From IMG/VR virus record IMGVR_UViG_3300029561_000002, positions 14,633 to 78,632 of that record: a stretch of 64,000 nt of DNA, one strand, 5' to 3'. Positions 1 to 8,427 of this stretch are shown here, one piece after another; the stretch's first letter is position 1, and each line of letters opens with the position of its first letter. This DNA is from a virus. Under the pieces are notes generated by a model. It was not told the DNA's origin, did not search any database, and saw nothing but the letters and a program-made list of their open reading frames with translations. The translations under genes and the position numbers were made by a program.

Positions 1-1
1 G

Positions 2-241
2 CGGATGGGCGGATGGCATCAGGATATCGGTTTCGTGGCGGATGAACTGGAAGAAATCGACCCGAACTTGGCACTGGGCGGCGGATATGACGAAAACGGT
101 GAGATGGACATTAAGCAGATTAATAGCCAGTACTTGCTGAACTACGCCATTAAAGCCATACAGGAACTTAGTGCAAAGGTTGACGAGCAAGAAAAACGTA
201 TCAAGGAATTAGAAAGGAGATTACAAAATGGCAAAGTTTAA
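2..241 (+). CDS. tail fibre C-terminal fragment (self-cleaving chaperone-like end), 5' truncated by window
   Basis: Frame open to the window edge. GWHQDIGFVADELEEIDPNL plus a terminal coiled coil (KVDEQEKRIKELERRL) resembles tail-fibre intramolecular chaperone ends. Confidence 0.55.
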   Translation, partial: RMGGWHQDIGFVADELEEIDPNLALGGGYDENGEMDIKQINSQYLLNYAIKAIQELSAKVDEQEKRIKELERRLQNGKV

Positions 242-686
242 TGAGTACCCACAGAAAGCAACACCGGAAGATGCGGATACATTGATGATTTATGATACGG
301 TGACGAAGACAAACAAGCTTTCACCGTTCAGCGGAATCTGGAACTGGATTGTCAGGAAACTGACCAATGCAGTCATCAGCAACTTGCAGACGAGCAATCA
401 GACGGTACTGGGGGCGATTAATGAATTAAATAGTAAGCCCTTTCTGAGGTACGAAAAAGCATTTGGCGAATCGCTTACTATCAAAAATGTACGTGCTGCC
501 ACTCATGGATTAATCATAATCGAGAAAGCGATGGTTGTTTTCTACCTCGGAGGTTCTATCAATATTGGTTATACCGTGACCACATCAGCACTTCCGGACG
601 GTATCACTGTCAGCAATTCGGATAGGACCGTAACAATAAAATCGACAAAAACTCAGGTGATCACATGCTTTTATGCTTTTTTATAA
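228..686 (+). CDS. hypothetical protein after tail fibre (possible fibre accessory)
   Basis: 152-aa ORF whose start overlaps the upstream gene end; AGGAG upstream. Confidence 0.55.
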   Translation: MAKFNEYPQKATPEDADTLMIYDTVTKTNKLSPFSGIWNWIVRKLTNAVISNLQTSNQTVLGAINELNSKPFLRYEKAFGESLTIKNVRAATHGLIIIEKAMVVFYLGGSINIGYTVTTSALPDGITVSNSDRTVTIKSTKTQVITCFYAFL

Positions 687-749
687 TTTTCCTCTTCCCA
701 TTTAGTTGATTAAGAAACTTTGAAAATTTCATAAAAAGGAGTTGATGAA

Positions 750-2165
750 TTGGAAATTAAAGGAATTGACGTATCATCCAATCAAGGAAAACCAGACTGG
801 GCGAAAGTAGCTAAATCTGGTATTAAATTTGCGATTTTGAGAGTGCATCAGAAAGCCGGTATTGACGGCTCATTCGAGTACAACTACAAAGGTTCTAAGA
901 GCAACGGAATCCTTATCGGCGGGTACAAGTATTCATACGCTCTGACACCGGCACAGGCTATTGACGAAGCGGAGGATGTGATCGCCGCACTGAACGGACG
1001 TGGACTGGACTTTCCAGTATTCTACGACCTTGAGTGGTCTAATCAGCGGAAACTCGGCAAGCAGGCTATTGAGAACATTGCAGTTGCATTTCTGGTAAGG
1101 ATGAAAAAAGCCGGTTATAAGGTCGGTATATACTGCAATCTGGACTGGTACAACAACGTTCTGACTGATGCACTCAGAAAGTATGAGTGCTGGATTGCAC
1201 GTTATCCGGCCAGCGACAATGGTTCCGTACAAGAAAGGTTACGTCCGTCTGTCGGTGTAGGCTGGCAGTATTCAAGCAAAGGAAAAGTATCCGGCATCAG
1301 CGGAAATGTTGATATGGATGTATTCTACAAGGACTATAGAGGAACGACACAGAAAGGAGAAACAACAATGGTAAAAATCAGTAACTGTGGACATGACGAA
1401 AACGGAAGATATGCAGGTGGAAAAGCAGGAGATCAGACCGGTACAGAGTATCAGATCATGAACTGGTACAGCAGACCGTGGCTCTGTGTTCTAAGATTCA
1501 ATGACGCTAAAATCGCAGCCATGATCGCAGACATGGCGACAAAAGCGGCACGGAACAATCTCATAGGTTACGATCAGGGTACTGCCGGGAACAGCAATGA
1601 CCGGTATACGTTCTGGCAGCACCTGAAGGCAAGTAACTACGATCCGGCGCAGATCACGGTAGCTTGCGAATCTGATTGCAGCGCAAGTACAGCTGCTATC
1701 GTCAAGGGCGCTGGATATCGCCTGAATAACGCAAAGCTCAAAGCAGTCAGCATTTATCTGACGACACGAAACATGAGGGCCGCAATGAAGGCTGCTGGTG
1801 CGAAAGTCCTGACGGACAGCAAGTACCTGACATCCGGTGACTATCTGAAGGCGGGAGATATCCTCTTGAACGATAACCACCACGTAGCTATCGCTGTTAC
1901 CACCGGTGCAAAAGCAAGTACACCTTCAGCAACACTCACCGGCACCTTCCAGACAAGGCTTCCGATTCTGAGAAAAGGCAGTTCCGGAACAGCTGTGGCA
2001 ATGCTTCAGGCGATGCTGGGAGTGGAAGTTGACGGACAGTTCGGGAATGACACATATAATTCCCTCAAAGTTTTCCAGAAAAATGTTGGTGTAAAGGCAA
2101 ATGGAACTTGCGGCATTGATACATGGAAGAGAGTGATTGAGCATATGAAAGCCAACACGAAATGA
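750..2165 (+). CDS. endolysin: N-terminal GH25 muramidase, central domain, C-terminal PG_binding_1
   Basis: IKGIDVSSNQG..FAILRV..DLEW GH25 signature. C-terminus LRKGSSGTAVAMLQAMLG..DGQFGNDT..LKVFQ is a peptidoglycan-binding repeat. TTG start 8 nt after AGGAG. Confidence 0.9.
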   Translation: MEIKGIDVSSNQGKPDWAKVAKSGIKFAILRVHQKAGIDGSFEYNYKGSKSNGILIGGYKYSYALTPAQAIDEAEDVIAALNGRGLDFPVFYDLEWSNQRKLGKQAIENIAVAFLVRMKKAGYKVGIYCNLDWYNNVLTDALRKYECWIARYPASDNGSVQERLRPSVGVGWQYSSKGKVSGISGNVDMDVFYKDYRGTTQKGETTMVKISNCGHDENGRYAGGKAGDQTGTEYQIMNWYSRPWLCVLRFNDAKIAAMIADMATKAARNNLIGYDQGTAGNSNDRYTFWQHLKASNYDPAQITVACESDCSASTAAIVKGAGYRLNNAKLKAVSIYLTTRNMRAAMKAAGAKVLTDSKYLTSGDYLKAGDILLNDNHHVAIAVTTGAKASTPSATLTGTFQTRLPILRKGSSGTAVAMLQAMLGVEVDGQFGNDTYNSLKVFQKNVGVKANGTCGIDTWKRVIEHMKANTK

Positions 2166-2356
2166 TGTTCTGATTGATTTATCATTCAAAACAGGTTATA
2201 CTACCAATAGTCGCACAGGGATTGAACTTATGATGTATAATATCCTGTGTGGCTACGCACAAGTGAAGAGTGCAGACTGATTCTGCCGTGCATGAACGGA
2301 AGAGCTGTATGTCCCCGATGGGGCTGTTAGCAGCGGCACGAGTGGACAGTCAAAGA

Positions 2357-2390
2357 AAGAGTTGGGCATAAAAACCCGACTCTTTTCTTA
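2357..2390. terminator. bidirectional intrinsic terminator between endolysin and LytTR gene
   Basis: AAGAGTTGGG-loop-CCCGACTCTT hairpin flanked by A/T runs on both strands. Confidence 0.7.
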
Positions 2391-3089
2391 CTCTTCGAGA
2401 TATTTTTGATATATCTGTTCTATTTCTCTTTTTCGGTTCTGTGATATTGAAACGATATCACCGGAAATCATCTTGATGTCAGATGCAATGTTTGCGATGT
2501 AATCCATGTTTACGATATAACTGCGGTGACACCGGACAAAACGCCGATCCAGAACTTTTTCTATCTCATGCAGACGCCGGTAAAAGCCGTACTGATGCCT
2601 GTCCGTGCAATGAATGATGCACATTTGACCACGGCTTTCTATATATTCGATGTTTCTGAAGAAAACCCTGTGGAAATCACCTTTGAATTTTACAGTAAGC
2701 ATCCGTTCTTTCAATCTTCCGAGCGTAGTATCAATTACGGAAAACACCCTTCCATTTTCATGCCCTTTGATAACATACTGCGCTGCCCGAACGTCAAAAG
2801 CATCACGCATATAACTGCCACTAACTGTCCAGAACATCAAACTGCCGGAGTAACCAGAGCCACGTAACTTATATGCTACATCAACACCATTTTCACCGTC
2901 TTTTAAAATGATATCCAACACGATTAAGTCAAACCATTCACCGTCTTTCACGTCATCCACAAGAGGGATGCCAGAGGTGTATTCTGAAATCTGATACGTC
3001 CGGTCACCCTTTTTCTTCAAAAATGACTCGGCCCTTGCTTTGAAATAATCAATGTCAAGCTGATTGTCGTCAAGTATTGCTATTCGCAT
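2388..3089 (-). CDS. orphan response regulator, receiver + LytTR DNA-binding domain (AgrA/ComE class)
   Basis: MRIAILDDN..LIVLDIILKDG receiver motifs and YVIKG. C-terminal IEYIESRGQMCIIH..RCHRSYIVNMDYI LytTR signature. No kinase in the window. Confidence 0.9.
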   Translation of the reverse strand: MRIAILDDNQLDIDYFKARAESFLKKKGDRTYQISEYTSGIPLVDDVKDGEWFDLIVLDIILKDGENGVDVAYKLRGSGYSGSLMFWTVSGSYMRDAFDVRAAQYVIKGHENGRVFSVIDTTLGRLKERMLTVKFKGDFHRVFFRNIEYIESRGQMCIIHCTDRHQYGFYRRLHEIEKVLDRRFVRCHRSYIVNMDYIANIASDIKMISGDIVSISQNRKREIEQIYQKYLEE

Positions 3090-3325
3090 TTATATCACAC
3101 CCTTTTTTTTTATTATGCGAAAACACACTATTTATTCAATTTACCAATTTTTATAGTGAAATGTTGTAGAATATATAATGTAGATGATGTTTATACAGAC
3201 ATTATACTACAGCAGTTTAATACTGTAAATGGGCTGAATTGCCGGAAATTTATCAAAGCTGCTCTCCTGTGATAAAAAAAGTGCTTAAATATCCGGCGGT
3301 CAGTCCATAAAAGATAGGTGATTTG

Positions 3326-3748
3326 ATGAAACAAAAAACGAAAATACTCTTAATATTGATACTCACAGCCGCATTGATAAACACTAGCGTTCGTTACATG
3401 CTTGTTGAGTTTCCAAACGTACAGGAAAGCGTGCATCTAGCGAACACCCAGAAACATGCTTCAGACGTGCGCAGAGCAGCCCATATTAGTGTGCCAGTAT
3501 ATCACACGCAAGGCATTGTTTGCAAAAGCATAATTTATTCTGCGATCACGAAGTTTATATTTGAGAATACAAAGATTCTGATCTATATCTGGCAATTCCC
3601 GAGAGCAAATATTTTTGTCACAGTCCGTACTATTGCATTGATGTGGGAGTATAGTGAAAACAGAACAAATGTTGGAACAATATTTCCCACTAACCGAACA
3701 TATATTATTGTACAAAGCTGGTCGGGAGGTATGGTTTATGGACTATAA
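3326..3748 (+). CDS. hypothetical protein with N-terminal signal-like hydrophobic segment
   Basis: MKQKTKILLILILTAALI start, divergent from the LytTR gene. Composition is only weakly coding-like. Confidence 0.3.
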   Translation: MKQKTKILLILILTAALINTSVRYMLVEFPNVQESVHLANTQKHASDVRRAAHISVPVYHTQGIVCKSIIYSAITKFIFENTKILIYIWQFPRANIFVTVRTIALMWEYSENRTNVGTIFPTNRTYIIVQSWSGGMVYGL

Positions 3749-3857
3749 GAAAGAAATTATTAGTATGATACAAAAGATAGAAAGTGTAAGATTCTTGGCG
3801 ATGATTTATAGCTTTACACATACTCTTTTTGAGAAAGAAAAGAAGCAGGGAGATTAA
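3738..3857 (+). CDS. small hypothetical protein (39 aa)
   Basis: GGGAGG RBS 7 nt before the ATG. The stop lies in the loop of a terminator hairpin. Confidence 0.4.
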   Translation: MDYKKEIISMIQKIESVRFLAMIYSFTHTLFEKEKKQGD

Positions 3858-3868
3858 TCCCTGCTTCT
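3841..3868. terminator. bidirectional terminator between convergent genes
   Basis: Perfect 11-bp stem AGAAGCAGGGA/TCCCTGCTTCT followed by a T-rich tail. Confidence 0.75.
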
Positions 3869-3870
3869 TT

Positions 3871-4230
3871 CTATTTGGCGAATCTTTCAATGAACTTCCA
3901 AAACAATTCTTTGTCTTCTGATGATAATTGATAGTATTTCATAATAGCTTCTTTTGCCTTGGAATCCTCAGTGCCTATTTCAGCACATATAGAAGAGAAA
4001 TCTTTGTCCAATTTTAGATCCTTGGGTAATTCTCCTTTATTGATCCAGTCTTCGTTAATCCCGAATGCTTGGCAAATATCTTTGATAACGCTTTTACTTG
4101 GATTAGCATTGTCGTCATTCAAAAGTTTCCAAACATACTGAGGAGTTTTTCTAATTGCTTTCCCTATCTCAGTTTGGGATTTTTGACTTTCCAAAAGTAC
4201 CTCTCGGACTCTAATGAGAACGTCCGTCAT
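3871..4230 (-). CDS. XRE-family HTH repressor (CI-like)
   Basis: SQTEIGKAIRKTPQYVWKLLN HTH. GGAGGTGAGG RBS before MTDVLIRV. Divergent from the early promoter. Confidence 0.85.
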   Translation of the reverse strand: MTDVLIRVREVLLESQKSQTEIGKAIRKTPQYVWKLLNDDNANPSKSVIKDICQAFGINEDWINKGELPKDLKLDKDFSSICAEIGTEDSKAKEAIMKYYQLSSEDKELFWKFIERFAK

Positions 4231-4284
4231 TTCCTCACCTCCCAATATCATAATACATCTTAGAGAAAGAAAAGTCAATAAAAA

Positions 4285-4337
4285 TTTAAACTGAGTTTAA
4301 AGTTATGCTTGACAGATAAACTGAGTTGTAGTAATAT
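4285..4337 (+). promoter_or_regulatory. early rightward promoter with operators (lysis-lysogeny switch)
   Basis: TTGACA (4309-4314), 17-nt spacer, TAATAT (4332-4337). Perfect palindrome TTTAAAC-TGA-GTTTAAA at 4285-4301, with half-site AAACTGAGTT repeated at 4317-4326. A leftward TTGACT-17-TATTAT lies on the other strand. Confidence 0.6.
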
Positions 4338-4397
4338 TAAACCAAGTTGAAAAACTGACGCAAAAAAAACAACTCACTAAACAGAAAGGAGAAAAAT

Positions 4398-4553
4398 ATG
4401 GAAGTATTAAAAAACAAAGATATTGAAGACGGAAAACGAATTGCCGATATTTTCGCAACATTATCAGAAGAAAACAAAAATATGGCAATCGTTTATTTGT
4501 CAGCCCTTAGAGATAAGGAAATTGCCGATTCCAGTAAAAAGGAGGTAAATTAG
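4398..4553 (+). CDS. small early protein (51 aa)
   Basis: AAAGGAG RBS; first ORF after the early promoter; TAG-ATG coupling to the next ORF. Confidence 0.5.
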   Translation: MEVLKNKDIEDGKRIADIFATLSEENKNMAIVYLSALRDKEIADSSKKEVN

Positions 4554-4637
4554 ATGAATTTATACGATGTAGCGCTTTTCTTTTCTATTGCAGCAATCAT
4601 TTTAAATATAATCACTTTTTTCTTAAATCGAAAGTAA
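4554..4637 (+). CDS. 27-aa hydrophobic peptide
   Basis: GGAGG RBS; single TM-like segment ALFFSIAAIILNIITFFL. Confidence 0.3.
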   Translation: MNLYDVALFFSIAAIILNIITFFLNRK

Positions 4638-5162
4638 ATCTTTGCTTTCTTTTGGTATTTGAAGAGTATATATTTTATTCTTCTTGTTTGTGATTATTTT
4701 TAATGTGATAAAATCTTTGCTCAATTTAATATTAGCAGGAATGTCAAACAGGACAATTTCAAATATTCCTTGTGATGGTTGCAAAGAGATTGGAAAATCC
4801 GCACTGAATATTCTTTCAGTGATGGGAATATCTGTTTCATTATACTTTGGATAATAACGTTCAGCAACCCACCTATGGGTTAGAACACATGAATACGAAG
4901 CGCGATGATTTAAAAGTAAAGAAACTCTGGTAATAATTATAGGAGAAGATGAATTGTTCTGAAAGATTAAACCTAGTTTGATAGACTTTTTGTTTTCTAC
5001 ATTTAAAGTGCACAGTGTTTCCAATGAAACAGAAATATTTGTTCGTTTACTCCAAAGTGAATGAATGAATTGAAATAGAGAAAGAACAAATCCTGCGATC
5101 GCAATAACGGTTGTAAGCAAAGACTTATTTTCTACAACAAATTTAACAATGGTACTCAGCAT
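4623..5162 (-). CDS. membrane-anchored hypothetical protein (candidate exclusion/moron)
   Basis: One N-terminal TM segment. It is a lone minus-strand gene among plus-strand early genes; GGAGG before the second Met. Confidence 0.55.
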   Translation of the reverse strand: MLSTIVKFVVENKSLLTTVIAIAGFVLSLFQFIHSLWSKRTNISVSLETLCTLNVENKKSIKLGLIFQNNSSSPIIITRVSLLLNHRASYSCVLTHRWVAERYYPKYNETDIPITERIFSADFPISLQPSQGIFEIVLFDIPANIKLSKDFITLKIITNKKNKIYTLQIPKESKDLLSI

Positions 5163-5212
5163 AATTAAAACCTCCATTTTTTTAATTAGAGTATACCACA
5201 GAAAGGAGAAAC

Positions 5213-5935
5213 ATGAATAACTTAACAGTAACAGAGTACAAGAATATTCGAGTGCTCACTACACAGCAGATTGCTGAAGCGTATGGAACTGATACAAAAG
5301 TTGTTTCATATAACTTCAACCACAACAAAGATAGATATGTTGATGGAAAACATTATATTTGCTTGACGGGAGATGAGCTTCGGGCGTTTCGTGAAAATCA
5401 CGATTTGCCAAGTAATCTCAATAAAATCTACCTCTGGACAGAAAAAGGAGCATTCCTCCATGCAAAGTCGCTGAACACCGACAAGGCGTGGGAAGTGTAT
5501 GACAGACTGGTGGATGAGTATTTCGATAAGCCCAAATTACCATCATGGACTATGGATGACAAAATTCAGATTCTTGCACAGGGAAACATCGAGCTTAAAG
5601 AAAAGATTGATGCTGTCAATGATGACTTGCAGGAGTTCAAAAGAGATATGCCATTGCTTGCATTGGAATGTCAGAAAATCACAAAGGCAAAGAACCAGAA
5701 AGTAGTTCCAATTTTAGGTGGAAAGAATGCACCAGCATATAAAGATAATTCATTGCGTCAGCTCGTGTACAGTGATATTGATGCACAGCTCCGCAGGGAA
5801 TTTGGTGTGAACACCTACAAGGCAATCAAGAGAAACCAGTGCGATATGGCAATAAAAATCATAAACGAATATGAGCTGCCGATGTATTTGAAAGATCGCA
5901 TTGATGATGCGAATGCTCAGAGTAGTTTCTTATGA
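5213..5935 (+). CDS. ORF6N/ORF6C-type antirepressor-like DNA-binding protein
   Basis: NIRVLTTQQIAEAYGTD..NFNHNKDRY..GKHY..LWTEKGAFLHAKSL matches the ORF6N (KilA-N-like) pattern. Confidence 0.75.
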   Translation: MNNLTVTEYKNIRVLTTQQIAEAYGTDTKVVSYNFNHNKDRYVDGKHYICLTGDELRAFRENHDLPSNLNKIYLWTEKGAFLHAKSLNTDKAWEVYDRLVDEYFDKPKLPSWTMDDKIQILAQGNIELKEKIDAVNDDLQEFKRDMPLLALECQKITKAKNQKVVPILGGKNAPAYKDNSLRQLVYSDIDAQLRREFGVNTYKAIKRNQCDMAIKIINEYELPMYLKDRIDDANAQSSFL

Positions 5936-5950
5936 GAAAGAGAGAAGATT

Positions 5951-6265
5951 ATGAAAAGTATTGAAAGTTATATGTTTTATGGCGATAACGCAGAAGTATT
6001 TCGGCCACTTATAGGATTTAAAATCGTAGACATTCAATTCACACACACAAATGAAGAAAACGATGATGTAGTTATTCTTAAATGTGTTAATGAACATAAC
6101 GTGGCAATAGATATTCTTTTTCAGGAATATGTAGTATCCGTTACCGAACCGTATGCAGTCAATGAAGATTTGAGCCCTATTGAATCTAAACAGGAGAAAG
6201 AGAAAGACATTGTCCCAGTGATTGAGCAGGAAAATGCCCAGACAAGAATACGGGAGGGTAAATAA
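5951..6265 (+). CDS. hypothetical protein
   Basis: 104-aa ORF, tightly packed in the early operon. Confidence 0.55.
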   Translation: MKSIESYMFYGDNAEVFRPLIGFKIVDIQFTHTNEENDDVVILKCVNEHNVAIDILFQEYVVSVTEPYAVNEDLSPIESKQEKEKDIVPVIEQENAQTRIREGK

Positions 6266-6493
6266 GTGATTAATGAATTAAAAAATATGACATTAGAGGA
6301 AAAGAAAAACAAGCTTATTGAAATGATTTGTGAGATTCCAGATGAATCCCCGATTCACAAAGAACTGTATGAAATTTTTAAAGAAGCAACGCACACGGGA
6401 AAACTTGGAGAGAAAACAATTTCCGAATGCGTTGCAAGTGGAATTAATTCTGCTGTTCAGAATTCCATTCGTGATATTGACGAAGAAGATTAA
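6266..6493 (+). CDS. hypothetical protein
   Basis: GTG start abutting the upstream stop. Confidence 0.5.
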   Translation: MINELKNMTLEEKKNKLIEMICEIPDESPIHKELYEIFKEATHTGKLGEKTISECVASGINSAVQNSIRDIDEED

Positions 6494-6620
6494 TTGTAAT
6501 TGAAGTAGATAATGCCGAAATAGCAGATATAGGATTATCTGAATTTTCAATTACATCAACAGTCGGAGACACTAATTTATTCATGTCGACTGTCTTTAAG
6601 AAATCGTCAAAATTTTTCAT
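6444..6620 (-). CDS. small hypothetical protein (58 aa)
   Basis: AGGAAGGAGGTGGG RBS before MKNFDDFLK on the minus strand. Confidence 0.45.
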   Translation of the reverse strand: MKNFDDFLKTVDMNKLVSPTVDVIENSDNPISAISALSTSITINLLRQYHEWNSEQQN

Positions 6621-6678
6621 GATACCCACCTCCTTCCTATAGGAGAGTATATCACAAAAAAGAGAGGGGAAAAAGAAA

Positions 6679-6855
6679 ATGATTAAATGCGAAAAAGGAA
6701 ACGTATCAATCAACGGTGCGGGAAACGAAGTTATCCATGATCTTTCGGAAATCATATCTCGTACCTACAGTTCCTTCTCCAAAGCGTTCGGAGAGGAAAA
6801 AACAAAACAGATGATTTTTAAGGCGGTAAACGCCGGGATGGGAGCGGACAAATGA
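6679..6855 (+). CDS. small hypothetical protein (58 aa)
   Basis: ATGA overlap with the next gene; not in the ORF track (<60 aa). Confidence 0.45.
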   Translation: MIKCEKGNVSINGAGNEVIHDLSEIISRTYSSFSKAFGEEKTKQMIFKAVNAGMGADK

Positions 6856-7154
6856 CAAAAGCAGAGAAATTTAACCTTTATGCTGATACCTTATATGGAA
6901 TGTGCCGGAAAGCACAGGACACAGTTCCAGAAGCGTGTGTGTCCTTTGAATGTAGGGGTTTCAATAGCGAAAAATTAGGAAAGTATCGTTCGATATACAT
7001 CGGTATCACAGAAACTGGTGGCAGCAGAGAATATTACTATGTGTGTGAAGCATTAAGTAATATGGAGAAAAAATTCACGCTTGTAAAAACCATGTTGAAC
7101 AATCTGTTACTTGAAGCCCCGTGTCCATACTGTGAAAAGGAGAAAGAAAATTGA
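6852..7154 (+). CDS. hypothetical Cys-containing protein
   Basis: 100-aa ORF, coupled at both ends. Confidence 0.55.
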   Translation: MTKAEKFNLYADTLYGMCRKAQDTVPEACVSFECRGFNSEKLGKYRSIYIGITETGGSREYYYVCEALSNMEKKFTLVKTMLNNLLLEAPCPYCEKEKEN

Positions 7155-7315
7155 TGGATGTAGAAAAAGAAAGCTCCGTGGATTTTATCCCGGAGACCGT
7201 TGAAGAAGAATATGCCCTGTTGGCAGGCAGATTGAAAGCTGTTGAAGCTTATCTTGATGCTTCAGATAGCGATTACGTAGACAAAAATGTTCTGGCTGCC
7301 ATGTTAGGCATTTAG
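7154..7315 (+). CDS. small acidic hypothetical protein (53 aa)
   Basis: The ATG overlaps the upstream TGA. Confidence 0.45.
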   Translation: MDVEKESSVDFIPETVEEEYALLAGRLKAVEAYLDASDSDYVDKNVLAAMLGI

Positions 7316-7449
7316 GTTGTAAGCAGCCCCGGTGGTGCAGGAACACCAACCGGAGCACGTATCTAACTTAGCTTGAGTAAGTTAAATACAAGATGATTAT
7401 ATCATACCTTCTTGTATTTGACAAATAAAAACACAGGAGGGCATTTTTA

Positions 7450-7596
7450 ATGTCTAAAATCACTAAGGAAAATGGCAAAACACTTGCTTCTGAGATTATC
7501 GAAGATCTTGAAAAAGAAGTAAGAAACAAAGATCTGGCAATCATTGCTCTGCTGACTACAGTGCTGGCAATGGGGTTGTTGGGGAAAGGAAAATAA
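7450..7596 (+). CDS. small membrane protein (48 aa)
   Basis: AGGAGGG RBS; C-terminal TM segment; TAATG coupling. Confidence 0.5.
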   Translation: MSKITKENGKTLASEIIEDLEKEVRNKDLAIIALLTTVLAMGLLGKGK

Positions 7597-7847
7597 TGAG
7601 AACTTACTTAGAGGGGCTTGCAGTGTTCGGAGTTTCCGGCCTGGCAATCGTGTTCTTTGCAGTATGCTGGGCTGTGACTGATTTGGACGCACTCACGATT
7701 CTGGCATTGGATTATATCTTAATGAGTACAGCCGGGCTGGCAGTAATGCTTAAAATCAATGACTTCGTACACGACATTAAAAGGAAGGAACAAGAAAACA
7801 AAAATGGGAGATTTAAACAGAGCGACATTAACCGGATTCGTAACTGA
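7596..7847 (+). CDS. membrane protein (83 aa)
   Basis: Several hydrophobic helices. Confidence 0.55.
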   Translation: MRTYLEGLAVFGVSGLAIVFFAVCWAVTDLDALTILALDYILMSTAGLAVMLKINDFVHDIKRKEQENKNGRFKQSDINRIRN

Positions 7848-8427
7848 TTCGGCGGAAGTCAAATTTAAGCCAAGAAAGGGAAAGAGCTTTTTAGTCGTCA
7901 GAAGTGACCGTTTCAGCGGAACACCGGACGATATCATTGTTGAGATCCCGAACAGACTCAAAGGTACGTTCCGGGAATGGAATTGGATAAAGGTTTCGGG
8001 AAGAATCCGTTCCAAATGGGTCAGAGCAGACCACCAAGAGAAAAAGTATATGTATCTGGAAGCATATGATGTCAGCACGGAAGGAACGCTTCTTGTAAAT
8101 ACAGTAGAAATGACTGCAAATATTTGCAAGAAGCCGGTGCTGAGAAAAACACCGTTAGGAAGGACACTTTGTGAAATTTGCGTGGCAATCAATGGATACA
8201 GACGGTCAGAATATATTTCTTGTATTTCATGGAGAGATCTGGCGGTGAAAGCTTCTGAATGGAAAGTAGGTACAAAAGTTAGATTAAAGGGACGTATGCA
8301 GAGCCGTGATTATTGGAAAAAACAGTCAGATGGTTCTTATGTTAGAAAAACGGCATACGAAGTTTCGGTAATAGAGATGGAGGAAATCAAAGATGAAAAA
8401 GGTGACTTTGAAAAAACTGAGCGTTGA
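7804..8427 (+). CDS. OB-fold ssDNA-binding-like protein (two OB-like halves)
   Basis: NRATLTGFV..AEV and VEMTANICKKP..GRMQSRDYW.. resemble SSB/PriB OB folds. The start is uncertain (7759 or 7804). Confidence 0.5.
   Translation: MGDLNRATLTGFVTDSAEVKFKPRKGKSFLVVRSDRFSGTPDDIIVEIPNRLKGTFREWNWIKVSGRIRSKWVRADHQEKKYMYLEAYDVSTEGTLLVNTVEMTANICKKPVLRKTPLGRTLCEICVAINGYRRSEYISCISWRDLAVKASEWKVGTKVRLKGRMQSRDYWKKQSDGSYVRKTAYEVSVIEMEEIKDEKGDFEKTER

Noticed and set aside
2200-2350. GC-richer hairpin-containing stretch between the endolysin and the LytTR gene, considered as an sRNA or attP
   Set aside because: Only short local hairpins are present (CACAGGGAT..ATCCTGTG, CCCC-gat-GGGG). There is no promoter with proper spacing and no partner repeat, so the evidence is insufficient.
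3654-3737. GTG-initiated 67-aa version of the small ORF ending at 3857
   Set aside because: The internal ATG at 3738 has a much better GGGAGG RBS. The upstream part overlaps another frame and looks non-coding.
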